In this document: positions 25,345 through 42,316 of the stretch, in pieces
Layout of the letters: the number at the start of each line of letters is the position of its first letter
Numbering within the stretch: the stretch's first letter is position 1
Assembly (NCBI RefSeq): GCF_009914755.1
Contig: NC_060927.1
DNA: 64,000 bases
Strand: one strand, 5' to 3'
Source of the DNA: the human T2T-CHM13v2.0 reference genome, Homo sapiens
The notes under the pieces: generated by a model
What the model saw: the letters and a program-made list of their open reading frames with translations, nothing else
What the model was told of the DNA's origin: nothing
Databases searched by the model: none
Translations under genes and position numbers: made by a program

Positions 25345-26620
25345 TCAGTTCCCCCTACTAACAACGATATTTTTTTCCTTTCCCTCTTAGACATTGCTAC
25401 ACATAACATTCTCTACCCCAGTTATTTACTAGACACTCCAAAAACTCTGGCAAGAGGACAAAATTTCTGTCGAAGTTGGATATATTTTTACATCCTGGTA
25501 GAGGTAGGGTCATCCTTTCAGGCCATACCTTCCCAGCCACCTAATGTCTACAAGCTTCAGCACTACCTACCAAGTAAATCCTACACATATTTGTCCTCAT
25601 GATACCACCAATTACAACTCTTCTTACTCCCCTTGGAGGATCTTAGTCCCTCTACAGACCACTGTGTCTTTCTCAACTCCCATAGCTGCTTCCTGTGATA
25701 ATAGCATTGCTTTAAATTACTACTTTCTCCGCCAAATTCTTATCCTATTCATGCTTAAATCTAAGCACCCCTTGATAACACAAGTACTCAACTTTCTTAA
25801 CAACTCTCATCCCATACGAGGTTTACACCTTCAATGGATACCTATAGCTATAGGGACACCTATCCAATCAGCCTATAACTTGTCTTTCATTTGAAATCAT
25901 AAAACATATGGTTACCAATGTATTGACAATGTTTGGTTCAGGGGTCAACATACAATAACAAAGACAAAGCCTTCTAATATACAATTATTTAACATTACTC
26001 ACCCGAGAGCTAAGTGGGCAACTGTTCCTATGTTGGCTGGAGTTAAGGCTGCTGTCAGCTGGTTGGCCCCATGGGGAGGATTTGCCTATCACAAGGCAAC
26101 TCTTCAAAACTTTACTTCTTCACTCTACATGTTGTCTCATAGAATGGGGGGATGTTCAGATAAATTGAGACACTCCCTTGATTCCTTAGCAGATGTACTA
26201 ATGAGTAAGATTAGTATTGGACTATCTGTTGTTGGAATGAGGAGAGGTATGTACTATGATTAATAAAAACCTCAAGTCAAATAGAGGAAGATATCAGCAA
26301 GATATAGAAAAACAAATTACCTGGCTACATGGAATTCTCATCCCCAATACCCAGACCTTATGGAATTCAATAAAAGGACTTCTACCTCAGTCAGTTGGTT
26401 TCTACACTTCCTGGAACCTTTAATATATATCTTGTTATTACTAATATTTGGCCTTTGCTTATTTAACCTCCTTGTAAAGTTTGTGTCTTCTAGATTACAA
26501 TGATTTCATGTAAAGAAGATGCTGGCACAAGGCTTCCAACCCATCCCATCTTCTGACCTGGGAAATAGACACCCTCTCTTTGGACCCCTTAGATTAGGCA
26601 TGCAGACATTTTTATTGCTC
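25345..26620 (+). pseudogene. env: ERV env remnant, EnvV-like
   Basis: Furin site decayed to RAKW (26006-26017). LAPWGGFAYH and SLDSLADVLM. ISD RLVLDYLLLE*GEVC (26208-26252). IEEDISKI..TWLH. TM anchor ILLLLIFGLCLFNLLVKFVSSRLQ. Confidence 0.88.
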
Positions 26621-26738
26621 CAACAGGAGGCAAAGCCTACACCTATAAAATCAGCAGGAGGCAGTTACATTGGATAGAACTGTGTTCTTCTACAACCCCT
26701 TAAAATTAAAAAAGAATATATAATCTCTGAGCAGGAAC

Positions 26739-27318
26739 TGGGATGGGTATTTGGCAGGACTAGTTTCCAAGACAACAGTCCAAAAGAACCAGCTGATAAG
26801 ACAGGAGACAATAAACAACAGGTCACAAGACTCCACTGATAAGACAGGAGATAGTAAAAGAGACCAGCTAAAACCAGCTAGAACCAACATGGTGATGAAC
26901 GGGACTTCTAGTTACATTTACTGCTCATTATATGCTAATTATAATGCATTACCATGCTAAAAAACACTTCTACCAGCACCAGGACAGTTTACAAATGCCA
27001 TGGCAATGACCGGAAGTTACCCCATATAGTCTGGATGGGGAGAAAACCCCGGTTTTGGGAGATCCCCACCCCTTTCCTGGAAAACTCATGCATAATCTAC
27101 TTCTCATTAAGCATATAATCAAGAAATAAACACAAATATAACCAGTGAGTAGCACAGGGGTTCTGCTCTGCCTGTGGAGTAGCTTTCTTTTTGTTCCATT
27201 CTTCTTCCAATAAACTTGCTTTTGCTTTATGCTCAGTCTTGAATTCTTTCCTGAACAAAACCAAGGACCCACTTGGTCTCTCAGGCCAAACCCCAATTTT
27301 GAGATTTTCCCTGAGACA
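26739..27318 (+). mobile_element. 3' LTR (MER66)
   Basis: Homologous to the 5' LTR, preceded by a decayed purine tract (gagcaggaa). AATAAA at ~27209. Ends ccctgagaca. Confidence 0.9.
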
Positions 27319-29245
27319 AGGTTACCAGTTCACTGCAGTCAGAAATACTAATGCTAATCTGGGTCAGCATGAAAAATCCCCTGAGCTATAAAGAATATTT
27401 TTCTTATCAGACTGTTCACCATACAGCAAACTTGGGTGTTTAGTAGCCATTTTAATATAATAATGCTACAAGATTGCCCACATAAACTGATTTATCATTG
27501 GAACAGGCTTTTGTGTAGCCAACCAAGTTTCATCTGCATTAGTGACTAAGCATGATCTTCTGCATAATACGTTATTGATACATTTCTGGTTAAACAGAAA
27601 AATAACATTAGATTAGAGGGTTATATCTGGGCATACTAGAGTTTTTCACTTTTATCAGTATATTCAATTATTGTTAGAGGTGGTCAAAAATTATGCTCTG
27701 CTTCAGATCTACCTTGGAGAGTTACCTTTCTATCTTAATTGAGATGAAAAACAATATAAATTTTTATTATTAGACACAGTTTATGTTATACAAAACAATA
27801 CAAAAATATTATACTCACTGTTTACATGCAGTTTTATATTGAAGTATTAAATGATAACACTTAAAAACCCAAGTGTCTGAGCAATGGCTTCAAATATTTA
27901 GAATAACAAATGGAAATAAGAATATTTAGGAAAATGTTTTTGAGCAATGCATTTGTGTCATCAACTATCACAGGCCATCTGAATTGGATTCCCACGTATT
28001 TTCCAAATTTATTAATGACTAAAGAATATTAATTGCAAAGATAATTAACTATTATAGAATAAAATTTTGGGAAACATGCAATTTGATTACTTCTACTTAA
28101 TAAGTGAACAATTATTTATTTTGAACTTGTTTTAATGAAATGAAGTTACACGCCCTGGATTTGACATTTAAGTTATTAGTAATCATAGCCCCTGGTTTGT
28201 AGGCGGTTTTCCTGAGAATGGGTGAGCACACACATGCACACAGAAAAACGGATAGTTTATAAAAAGACATTTTAATAGGTTAAATAGTATGATTGAAACA
28301 TCACAACAGCAGAGACAGGAAGGCAAAAGAGTTTATGTTTTGAGGCTATTGTGCTGAGCTCGCAAGACCTTCGAGCAAAGTAAGCAAACATTTTCCTTTT
28401 GTAATTAATTTGAATAGTCTAAAATTTAAACAAAGCTAGAGTCGAAGACACATCCCTCAGCCAAATCCTGTTAAAAGACTTTAGAGTGGGTTTGATTTAA
28501 AGTACTGGCAAGAATATTTCCATACACAGGTAGTACATACATATAATAACAGTATATAATAATCATCACCATAAAACAGGACAATGTATTGCCTTTTACC
28601 TTCCTTATTTCAAAACTCTGTCCCACACAACAGTCTCTCCAGGCCTTAGTCAATTTATCATGTGGTCAAATTGGCAAAAATAATGCCTAAGATACTGCCC
28701 AACAGACTTATTTTAATCATTAAAGGACTTATAAAACAATTTTTAATTGCAAAGTCCATTATAGATATAAGATACTTTTTGTTTTTTTATATTTATTTTA
28801 TATTTAGTTTTTCTTGCCAGTTTATAATATTTTTATTGTATATTTGGCTAAATGAACCCAGGATGGTTTAAAAATTGACCCCAAGGGTAAGCTTTTTACC
28901 TAATAGCTTGACTTTAAAAATTAACCAGGGAATTTTAGAAGTGTCTTTAAAACATGTTCTCTGTAACACCTGCAAATTTGTTATCTAAAGTAATAGGCAT
29001 TGAAATCTGTGAATATTATATTATTCATTAAAAATCTCAAAAAACAACTGGAAAACCTTATAGACTTGAAAAAAAAAAACCTATTAAATCCCGGAGAAAT
29101 CTGACTTATAACCTTTATTTTGGTAAGAATAATAGTGTTTTAAAATAAAATGTAATTTTTCTCATTAAATAAAATGAAATATTTATAACATGCTATGAAT
29201 AATCATATTTCCTGAGAAATATGCAGCAAACAAACCTTATGCCGA

Positions 29246-29725
29246 TTTATCAGTGTGCTAAGGCTGCTGTAACAAAGCACCATGAGCTGACTGGTTTAAA
29301 AATAAATTTATCGTCTCATAGTCCCAGATGCTAGAAGCCCAAAACTAAGGCGTTGGCAGGGTTGATTCCTTCTTAGGACTGTGAGGGAGACAGAATCTCT
29401 TCCATGCCTCTTGCCTAGCTTCTGGTGGTTTGCTGGCAGTCCTTGGCATTGCGTGGCTTGCAGAACCTTCATTCTGATCTCTGCCTTCATCTTCACGTGG
29501 TTTCTCTCTGTGTGTATGTCTGCTTCCAGATTTTTCCTTTTTATAAGGATACCGGTCAGATTAAAGCCCACTCTAATGAACTCACTTTAATTTGATTACT
29601 TCTGTCAAGATCCCTGCCTTCATAATAAAGTCACATTCTGAGGTACTAGGAGTTAGAACTTCAACATATAAATGTTTTAGTTGGTGGGGTGGGTAGGGAG
29701 GAACACAACGATAAAATCATTTAAA
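29246..29725 (-). mobile_element. MLT1C-like MaLR LTR
   Basis: gctaaggctgctgtaacaaa, cctagcttctggtggtttgctggca and gtcacattctgaggtactaggagttagaacttcaacata match reverse MLT1B/C. Confidence 0.88.
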
Positions 29726-32577
29726 ATAAATTACCAAAATCTATTTATTTAGCTGTAAAAAAGATCATGGGTTGGCAAGTATAGAAATTCTAAAAATTCA
29801 TTTTGCCATTTTTTTCTGAAATGATTATTTCATTTATTTTAAAATATCTTTGATCATTTACTTTATATGGTAAGTTTTGGGGCTATTCATTTTTATCAGT
29901 GGCAAAAACAAAAATATTTTTACCCTTATAGCACGTAGAGTATGGCAGAAAGTTTGTTGTAATTTTGTAACTTTGAAGTTTTGCTTGAAATTGAGAAATA
30001 TGTACTAATTTTAATGACTTTAAGATATTGATGCAGGAGATTAATAACCATACTCTCACAGAGGGCTTTAGTACACATGCTGTTTAAGAGAATTTTATTT
30101 CGTAGGGCACCAAATAAGGAAGAATTTTCTGTAACAATTTATTTTTAGATATGGCTATTCTTCCTGTGCTTTTATATTTGTATTTTATAAGTTTTTTTCC
30201 CTTACAAATTGAGATTAGAAAAAAATATGACTTCCTAGATTATATTTTAAGCCATTGCATTATAATGTTTTGTTGAAACTTACTATCTGAACTGACTCTC
30301 AGGCACTTAGTCTTAAACCTGGAAAACAAATATGGAATGTGTTTTTAATTCCCTCATGAAGTCTTTATGATATTTCTATTCCTGCCTTTATGAAGCTTTC
30401 CAAGATATATTTCACCTCTCAGGCAATGATGGAACTCTTAATATTTCCTTCTATTGCTAACGCTGAGGCGAGATGAGGTGCAGTAAGCTGGGCTGCCTGG
30501 GGAAATAGCATCATAAAACATGGAGGCTCAACTCATGTTCTAGTCTGTGGTATTTTGAAAGACTCTGTTATTATAGCACAACAGAGTTGTACTTAACACA
30601 ATATTGAAATTCATAGACACAAAGGCAAGAATGTAAAAAACAGTACACTGGAGGATAGAGATGTTTCACTTTATGTATAAGCCTTACCCATACTTAAATA
30701 TCATCTTTTTTTCTTTCTTAGTCTTCAGACAAATATTTTGAATGACAGAACAATTAGAAAGAAGCCAGAATGCAGTACCTATATCTGTCACTATAACTGC
30801 ACCCTGGCAGACAAAAATTCCCTGCTGATTTTGCTGTAATGTGTTATAGGAGAAACAAGCTAAATCTTAATCTAGTTTTCTTGCAATGTAGCAGCACACT
30901 GGAAGAAATGCTTTCTTCATCCTGCTATGAAAGTTGCATTTTTCCCTTCTATATGATAGAATTTTGATGGATAAAGTCTACTTAGTTTGTTACAGAAAGT
31001 TTCTATTAAAAAAAACAATGTGGGATGGCTGACACAGGAAACTACATGCTGCACAGTGGACTGAGCGAAATTGACTAGGAGTATCCAGATAATTTCAGAG
31101 GAAATGAAGACCAGTTCTACAGGACCATGAAAATACCAGTGATCTCCCTGGATCACCAGTCTCAGCCCAATTTCCAAAGGCAGTTGTTCCATTGGCTGTT
31201 ATTGCTTCAGTGATTCCAAAGAATATTTTTATCAGCTTACATAACATTCTGACAGCCCTGTATACTGAGTTATGTAAAACATCTTTGTACAAATATATAA
31301 CACATAACTCTCTATCAATTGGAACAAAAATGAAAGTCAGCATTCTTGTAGGAACTACATTAGTAGATACAAACTCAGAAACTTATGGCTTCAGGAAATA
31401 CGATAAAATGGCTCTTTTTTGTGCCTTAATTAGCTGATTCGAATTTGTCATGGGTTTTGAGGGAAAAAGTTATTTTCTTCATTTATGACAAACATGTTCC
31501 TTTACCATTTGTCATCATCATAATAAATTAAAATCAGTTCGCTTTTATTATTGAAAGGCTAAAGGTAACATTTTTAGACATAGCACAAGAGCTATGGGTG
31601 GGAATATTGTTCATTAGACATCAGTGTACACAATGAACATTTTGACCCTGTCAGTTGGATGCCTACAGCTAGAGATTTTCCCAGTCATCCAATTAAGAAG
31701 GTAGCAACTGTTTATAATTATGCATATCTGATGCCTCACCAACCCCTTTATTCTTTAGATGAAAATATTTGTTGTCTTGATATCTCTCTATTGCTTTGAA
31801 TTGAATGAGCTTTTATGTTATAGACTTGATCAATATTTCCTACCCTTTTCCACAAAATGGAAAATAGAATTTCCAGGCACTTTATTGTACTGCAGAGGTC
31901 TCAACCATCAGCTGCAGCAAGAACATTAGTGTTCAGTTAATTGCTACAGATGGCCACAGCACTGATTTTACCATTTCATTCAGCTGAGGTCTAGAGACTA
32001 GGCCTGGAATGCAGATGTCAGACCAGAGACTTTGCTGTTATTTACTGGTATGGCTTTCAAATACCATTCTCTCGCTCTTTCTTTCTGTATGTGTGTGTCT
32101 CACTGCTCTTTTATAAATTTAAAACAAAGAATTTAAGAAATTTATATGCTTAAAGAAATAGATGTTGTTCATATACTGAACAATATTTTTAAATATGCGT
32201 TTTTATATATCACTATGTTTCTGTTTCAGAATGTTCTAGGTAAAATAGTGAAACAAATGCATACTTTCAGAATATTCTAGGTAAAATAAAACCAAGTCAA
32301 GCACTTACAACTTAAAAACACTATGAGGAGCAGTGAAGGAAATCAAGTTATAAGAGGGGTGGCCCCTGTTTATTGGAAGGACATACCGTAATGTGAAGAT
32401 TAGGGGTATATACTTAAAGAGCAGTACAATTTTTCAAAAAAATTACTTAACATTTAGAAACTTTAATGCAAAATGAAAAGAGAAAAGGATGATATATGGC
32501 AGAAAGTCACCTAGGAAAAGTGCTAAAAAACAGAAGGAGAAATACCAATTTGGCCTAAAGTGAAATACAATGATTCA

Positions 32578-33041
<464 letters not shown>

Positions 33042-33273
33042 TTATGAGCAAAAACCAGAAAGTTTTGTTCTTGCTAAATTTAAGAGGTTTGAAGTTCTAC
33101 CTCGGGAATTTAAAGTTTTTCCTTGTTAGTGATTCACTGAAAGTATGGAGAAAATAGAAACAGAGAAAGAGGGCAGAGAGTGGGAGGTCTAAAGAGAGAG
33201 ACTATAAATTTATGATTTATAAATATATTTATTTTATTTAGAAATATTATTTGTTTGGTTCAATCATCTATAT

Positions 33274-33590
33274 TAGGGATTGGCAAATTTTTTCTGTAAA
33301 GGGCCAGGTAGTAAATATTTCAGGATTTGAAGGCCATATGACCTCTGTCACAATTATTTAACTCTGCCACTGTAGCATGAAAACAGCCACAGGCAATACA
33401 AAGTGAATGGGTATGGGTATATTCAATAAAAATAGTTTTTATGGACACTAATATTTTAATTTTATAAAATTTTCATGTGTTTCAAAATATTTTCTTTTTC
33501 TTGTGATTTCAACAATTAAAACATTTTAAAATTATTTTTAACTCACAGGCTATACAAAAAGGGGCAGTAGACTATAATTTGTCTGCCTCA
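33274..33590 (+). mobile_element. MER58B (hAT-Charlie MITE)
   Basis: agggattggcaaattttttctgtaaagggccaggtagtaaatattt...actctgccactgtagcatgaaaacagccacag matches MER58. About 320 bp. Confidence 0.88.
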
Positions 33591-33679
33591 AGCTAAACAA
33601 TAAAATGTTTCTGCTCCATTATATCTCCCATAGTAACTATGCTTTTTAATGAAAATAGCTTCTTATTTTGTAATAAAAG

Positions 33680-34186
33680 TTTTTTAAAAGTGGTAGGTGT
33701 ATATATTTATAGGGTGTGTGGGATATTTTGATATAGTCATACCATGTGTAATAATCACAACGGGATAAATGGGCTAAGCAACACCTCAAGCAATCATCCT
33801 TTGTGTTACAAACAATCTAATTATACTCTTTTGGTTACTCTAAAATGTTCAATAAATTATTGGTGGCTAAAGTCACCATGCTATGTTATCAAATACTAGA
33901 TCATATTCATTCTACCTAACTGTATTTTTGCACCCATTAACTCTCCCCATTTTTCCCCTGACCACTATCCTTCTCAGCCTCTGGTAACCATCATTCTCTT
34001 CTCTATCTCCATGAGTTCAATTGTTTTCATTTTTTAGGTTCCTCAAATAAATGAGAACATCTTAACCCAGATAAAATGGATTTCATCCAAAAGACAGGCA
34101 ATAACAAATGCAGACAAGGATGTGGAGAAATGGAACCCTTGAACACTGATGATGGGAATGTAAATTAGTACAACCACTGTGGAGAA
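33680..34186 (-). mobile_element. Short L1MA (MA2/3-like) with 5' inversion
   Basis: 33680-34060 is a reverse L1MA 3' UTR (cctttgtgttacaaacaatctaattatactc). 34058-34186 is a plus-strand ORF2 3' piece (aaaagacaggcaataacaaatgc..gggaatgtaaattagtacaaccact). Confidence 0.85.
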
Positions 34187-34754
34187 AATTAATTTCTTTC
34201 AATTCTAATTTGATTTAAGTAATTCCTGGACAATCTTTATATAATTATTATTTATTAAACTGCTGTTTTCTATGTTACATGCAGCCTAGGTATAAACACA
34301 CTTGCAATGGATGTATATTTCACTTAGGAAAAATCATTCAGAGTGAGTTAGGTGTAATGTGGGCAATACCACATTTAACTTCTTCTTAGAATATAGGTTA
34401 GCTTTGAATCATTACTGGCATAAGTAATTGCAGTCGAATAGATTACAATTTTTTGATATAATGTGCAATAAAAAAAGAGTCATCCTCATGTCACTACCAT
34501 TTACAATATAGTTATAAGTAGGAGATCACTTTTTGATTCCTCACATCATTCAATACAGAAAATATAAAATAATTTAGTTAAAAAATAAATGGTTCATGAA
34601 TCAATAGATCCAAACACTCATACAAATAACTCAGCTTCTACTAATCTCATGGGAGTATGCTGCTGAGGTATTGAAAGCTCTCTCATCCCAGACCACTTTC
34701 TCTGGCTCTCTAATGTCAATCTAGGTAGTTGATTGCATCTTAACCAAACCACTC

Positions 34755-34975
34755 CCATTGGGGCTGTTCCACTTGCTAGTTGTCTGACGGTGGATGAGTT
34801 GCTAAAACCAAGTTTCGTTTCTTCATATATAGGATGGAAATGACAGTGGAAATTACAATTATGTGACTCAATAATAGTTTTAAGAATTAAATGAGATAAC
34901 ACCTGCACCGTGCAAGGCACAGTATCCCATATATGGCAAACATCTAATAACTGCTCCCTGTTACTGCTTTTATTC
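34755..34975 (+). mobile_element. MIR SINE
   Basis: ccacttgctagttgtctgac, aagaattaaatgagataac, gcacagtatcccatatatggcaaacatctaataa. Confidence 0.7.
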
Positions 34976-35259
34976 CACTGTTGCCAACAGAAATCTACAT
35001 TGATCCTCCTCATGTACCCCAATTAACTGCTCTGGATGCTCCTGTACTGTTTATTCTCTGCATCTGGAAATGAATCTTTGAAGCCCAAATGCTTCAGAAA
35101 AGTGCTATTTTAAAATAAGTAGCAGTAAAAGTGTAGTTATTATTTGCTTATGCTCTTACAGCAAATAAAAATTTACATGGGACTTACAGGATCAGGAGAA
35201 CCAATGACACAATGACCAGTACAACAGAGCTATGACTTGACCCCAAGATCCATGTGTAC

Positions 35260-35405
35260 ACACCCTGGGATCAAGTCATAGCTCTGCTATTTAAAATGTT
35301 ACTTTCTCAATTTTCTTATTTTATAAATGACAATGTCGACAATAATTTCCATGTCTCTCTAGTGAAGAAATGAAAATTATTTGTTAAGGTTTCATCAGTG
35401 CTTAT
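35260..35405 (+). mobile_element. Decayed MIR fragment
   Basis: cctgggatcaagtcatagctctgctattta resembles MIR cctgggttcaaatcccagctctgccactta. Followed by ctcaattttcttattttataaatg. Confidence 0.5.
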
Positions 35406-35415
35406 TGCTTTGTAG

Positions 35416-35794
<379 letters not shown>

Positions 35795-35893
35795 CAATAA
35801 ACGCTTCTTACTTACATAAAAGGATATACGTGTGACTACTAAAATATTACAGAAATCTATATGTGCATCTGTGTATATTTATATGTATGTGTA

Positions 35894-36320
35894 TGAGAAA
35901 GGAAAGTATTCTTAGGGCCCCAAAATCACTAATCTACATGGAAAAGTCAATCTGGGAACTGCTTAGGGCAAACCGGCCTCCCATTCTACTCAGTTATCCC
36001 TGTGCTCACTGAAATAAATGTATATCTGATTGCCTTCTTTGGAAAGTCTAATCAGAAAAAAAGAATGCAACTATTTTTGTCTTATCTACCTATGACCTGG
36101 AAGCCTCCTCCGTGTTTTGAGTTGTCCTGTCTTTGCTTAGAGTTGTCCCGCCATTCCGGGCCAAACCAATGTTCATCCTACACGTACTGATTGATGTCTC
36201 ATGTCTTCCTAAAATGTGTAAAATCAAGATGTGTTCAAACCAGCTTGGGGACATGTTGTCAGGACCACCTGAGGCTGTGTCATGGGTGCACTTCCTCAAC
36301 CTTGGCAAAATAAACTTCCT
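35894..36320 (+). mobile_element. MER4A1-like ERV1 solo LTR, 5' part
   Basis: tgagaaaggaaa..gggcccccaaaatcactaa..ctgggaactgcttagggcaaacc..gacatgttgtcaggaccacctgaggctgtgtcatggg..ccttggcaaaataaactt. Confidence 0.9.
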
Positions 36321-36529
36321 TTTTTTAATTTTTTTAAATTATACTTTAAGTTCTAGGGTACATGTACACAAAGTGCAGGTTTGTTACATATGTATACATG
36401 TGCCATGTTGGTGTGCTGCACCCATTAACTCGTTATTTACATTAGGTATATCTCCTAATGCTATCCCTCCCCACTCCCCCGACCCCATGACAGGCCCCAG
36501 TGCATGATGTTCCCCACCATGTGTCCAAG

Positions 36530-40618
<4,089 letters not shown>

Positions 40619-40673
40619 GCAAAATAAACTTTCTAAATTAACTGAGACCTGTCTCAGATATTTGGGGTTCACA
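40619..40673 (+). mobile_element. MER4A1-like LTR, 3' part
   Basis: aaataaactttctaaattaactgagacctgtctcagatatttggggttcaca is the MER4A U5 end. Outer TSD tgta/tgtg. Confidence 0.9.
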
Positions 40674-40770
40674 TGTGTATATACACACATTCTCATGCAT
40701 ATACATATACACAACTATGTAGTCTTACAGTAGATATTCCCCAGATTCAGAATGACTCAGGAATCTCTCA

Positions 40771-41152
<382 letters not shown>

Positions 41153-41827
41153 TTATTGATTCCTGTCTACTGTGATTACTGTCATTTTCTGGAGTAAGAT
41201 TATAATTTGTATAGAACTGAAAAGCTATCATCCAAAATGACTCCTGAGTACTTATACACTGGTTAGATCAAATAGGCGAGTTAATCACATCCCTTTACTC
41301 TGAAGTAAGGTAAAGTAGTAGAATCAGCTCTTGACTGGGTTTTGCACAGCAGGGTAAGTCTGGAATTAGTGGTGACTACCTCCTTGAAACAACGATTGCT
41401 TGATGAACAGGAAGGGAAAGGGAGGATTTAAGGTCATTGAAGAATTTAGGTTGTGTAAGGGTGCATTGTGTATCTTTTCATCCTGTCGTTTTTCTAGGTC
41501 TACATGCTTCACACTTGATAACGTGTGTTATTGTATGGGTGATAATCTATAAAAACAGGTGTCCTGTGCTAATTTGTTGTAATGAGATGCTGTAGCACAA
41601 AGGGCATCTCCTCTGCATCACTACCTTTCATTCCCAAACAATGTGTAATCCTTATTAAAGAATGAAGCTTTATCATGAAAAATACTCACAAACTTGCATG
41701 GGCCAAAGGTGAGCAAGAGAAGAGAAGGTAAGATTCCTTTTGATCCTCCTATCTTCATACAGAGAAATATATCAGAGCAAGGTCTGGAGTGCGAGTCTAC
41801 ATTCCAGTGCAAAGACTCTGCCCTTGC

Positions 41828-42316
41828 TGTGATAGGGTGAAAAAAATATTCCCCTCAACACATCCAAGTCAAAGCCTTGGAACCTCTGAATGTTACTTTG
41901 CTTGGAAAAAGGGCCTTTGCAGATGTAATTATGTTAAAGATTTTGAGAGGAGATAATCCTGGATTATACGGATAGACACTAAGTCCAGTGATCTGTTTTT
42001 ATAAGAGAATGCCCTCCCAGACAGACAGATGGAATAGGAGAATGTTTAGACAGAAGAAGAGAAGAGAATGGGAAGATAGAGGTAGTGACTGGAATGATGT
42101 GGCCACAAGGAAAGGAAGTCAAGAAATGCTGACAGCCACCAGAAGCAGAAAGAGGCACGGAAAATTGTCCACCCAAACCGCTGGGGAGGTATGGCCTGGG
42201 ACACCTTGGTATCAGATATCTGGCTTGCAGAACTGTGAGAGAACAAATTTCTTCTGTTTTAAGCTTCCCAGATTGTGATTATTTACTACAGCAGCCACAG
42301 GAATCTAATAAATACA
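41828..42316 (+). mobile_element. MLT1D-like MaLR LTR
   Basis: gaatgttactttgcttggaaaaagggcctttgcagatgtaatta ... cagaactgtgagagaacaaatttcttctgttttaagc ... acagcagccacaggaatctaata. Confidence 0.9.

Larger units (their letters stand above)
22761..27318 (+). mobile_element. Internally deleted ERV1 provirus, MER66 / ERV-V family
   Basis: Two homologous LTRs (22761-23287, 26739-27318) with TG..CA ends. 4-bp TSD gggt/aggt. PBS, then gag, pol-IN and env remnants in retroviral order. Confidence 0.92.
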
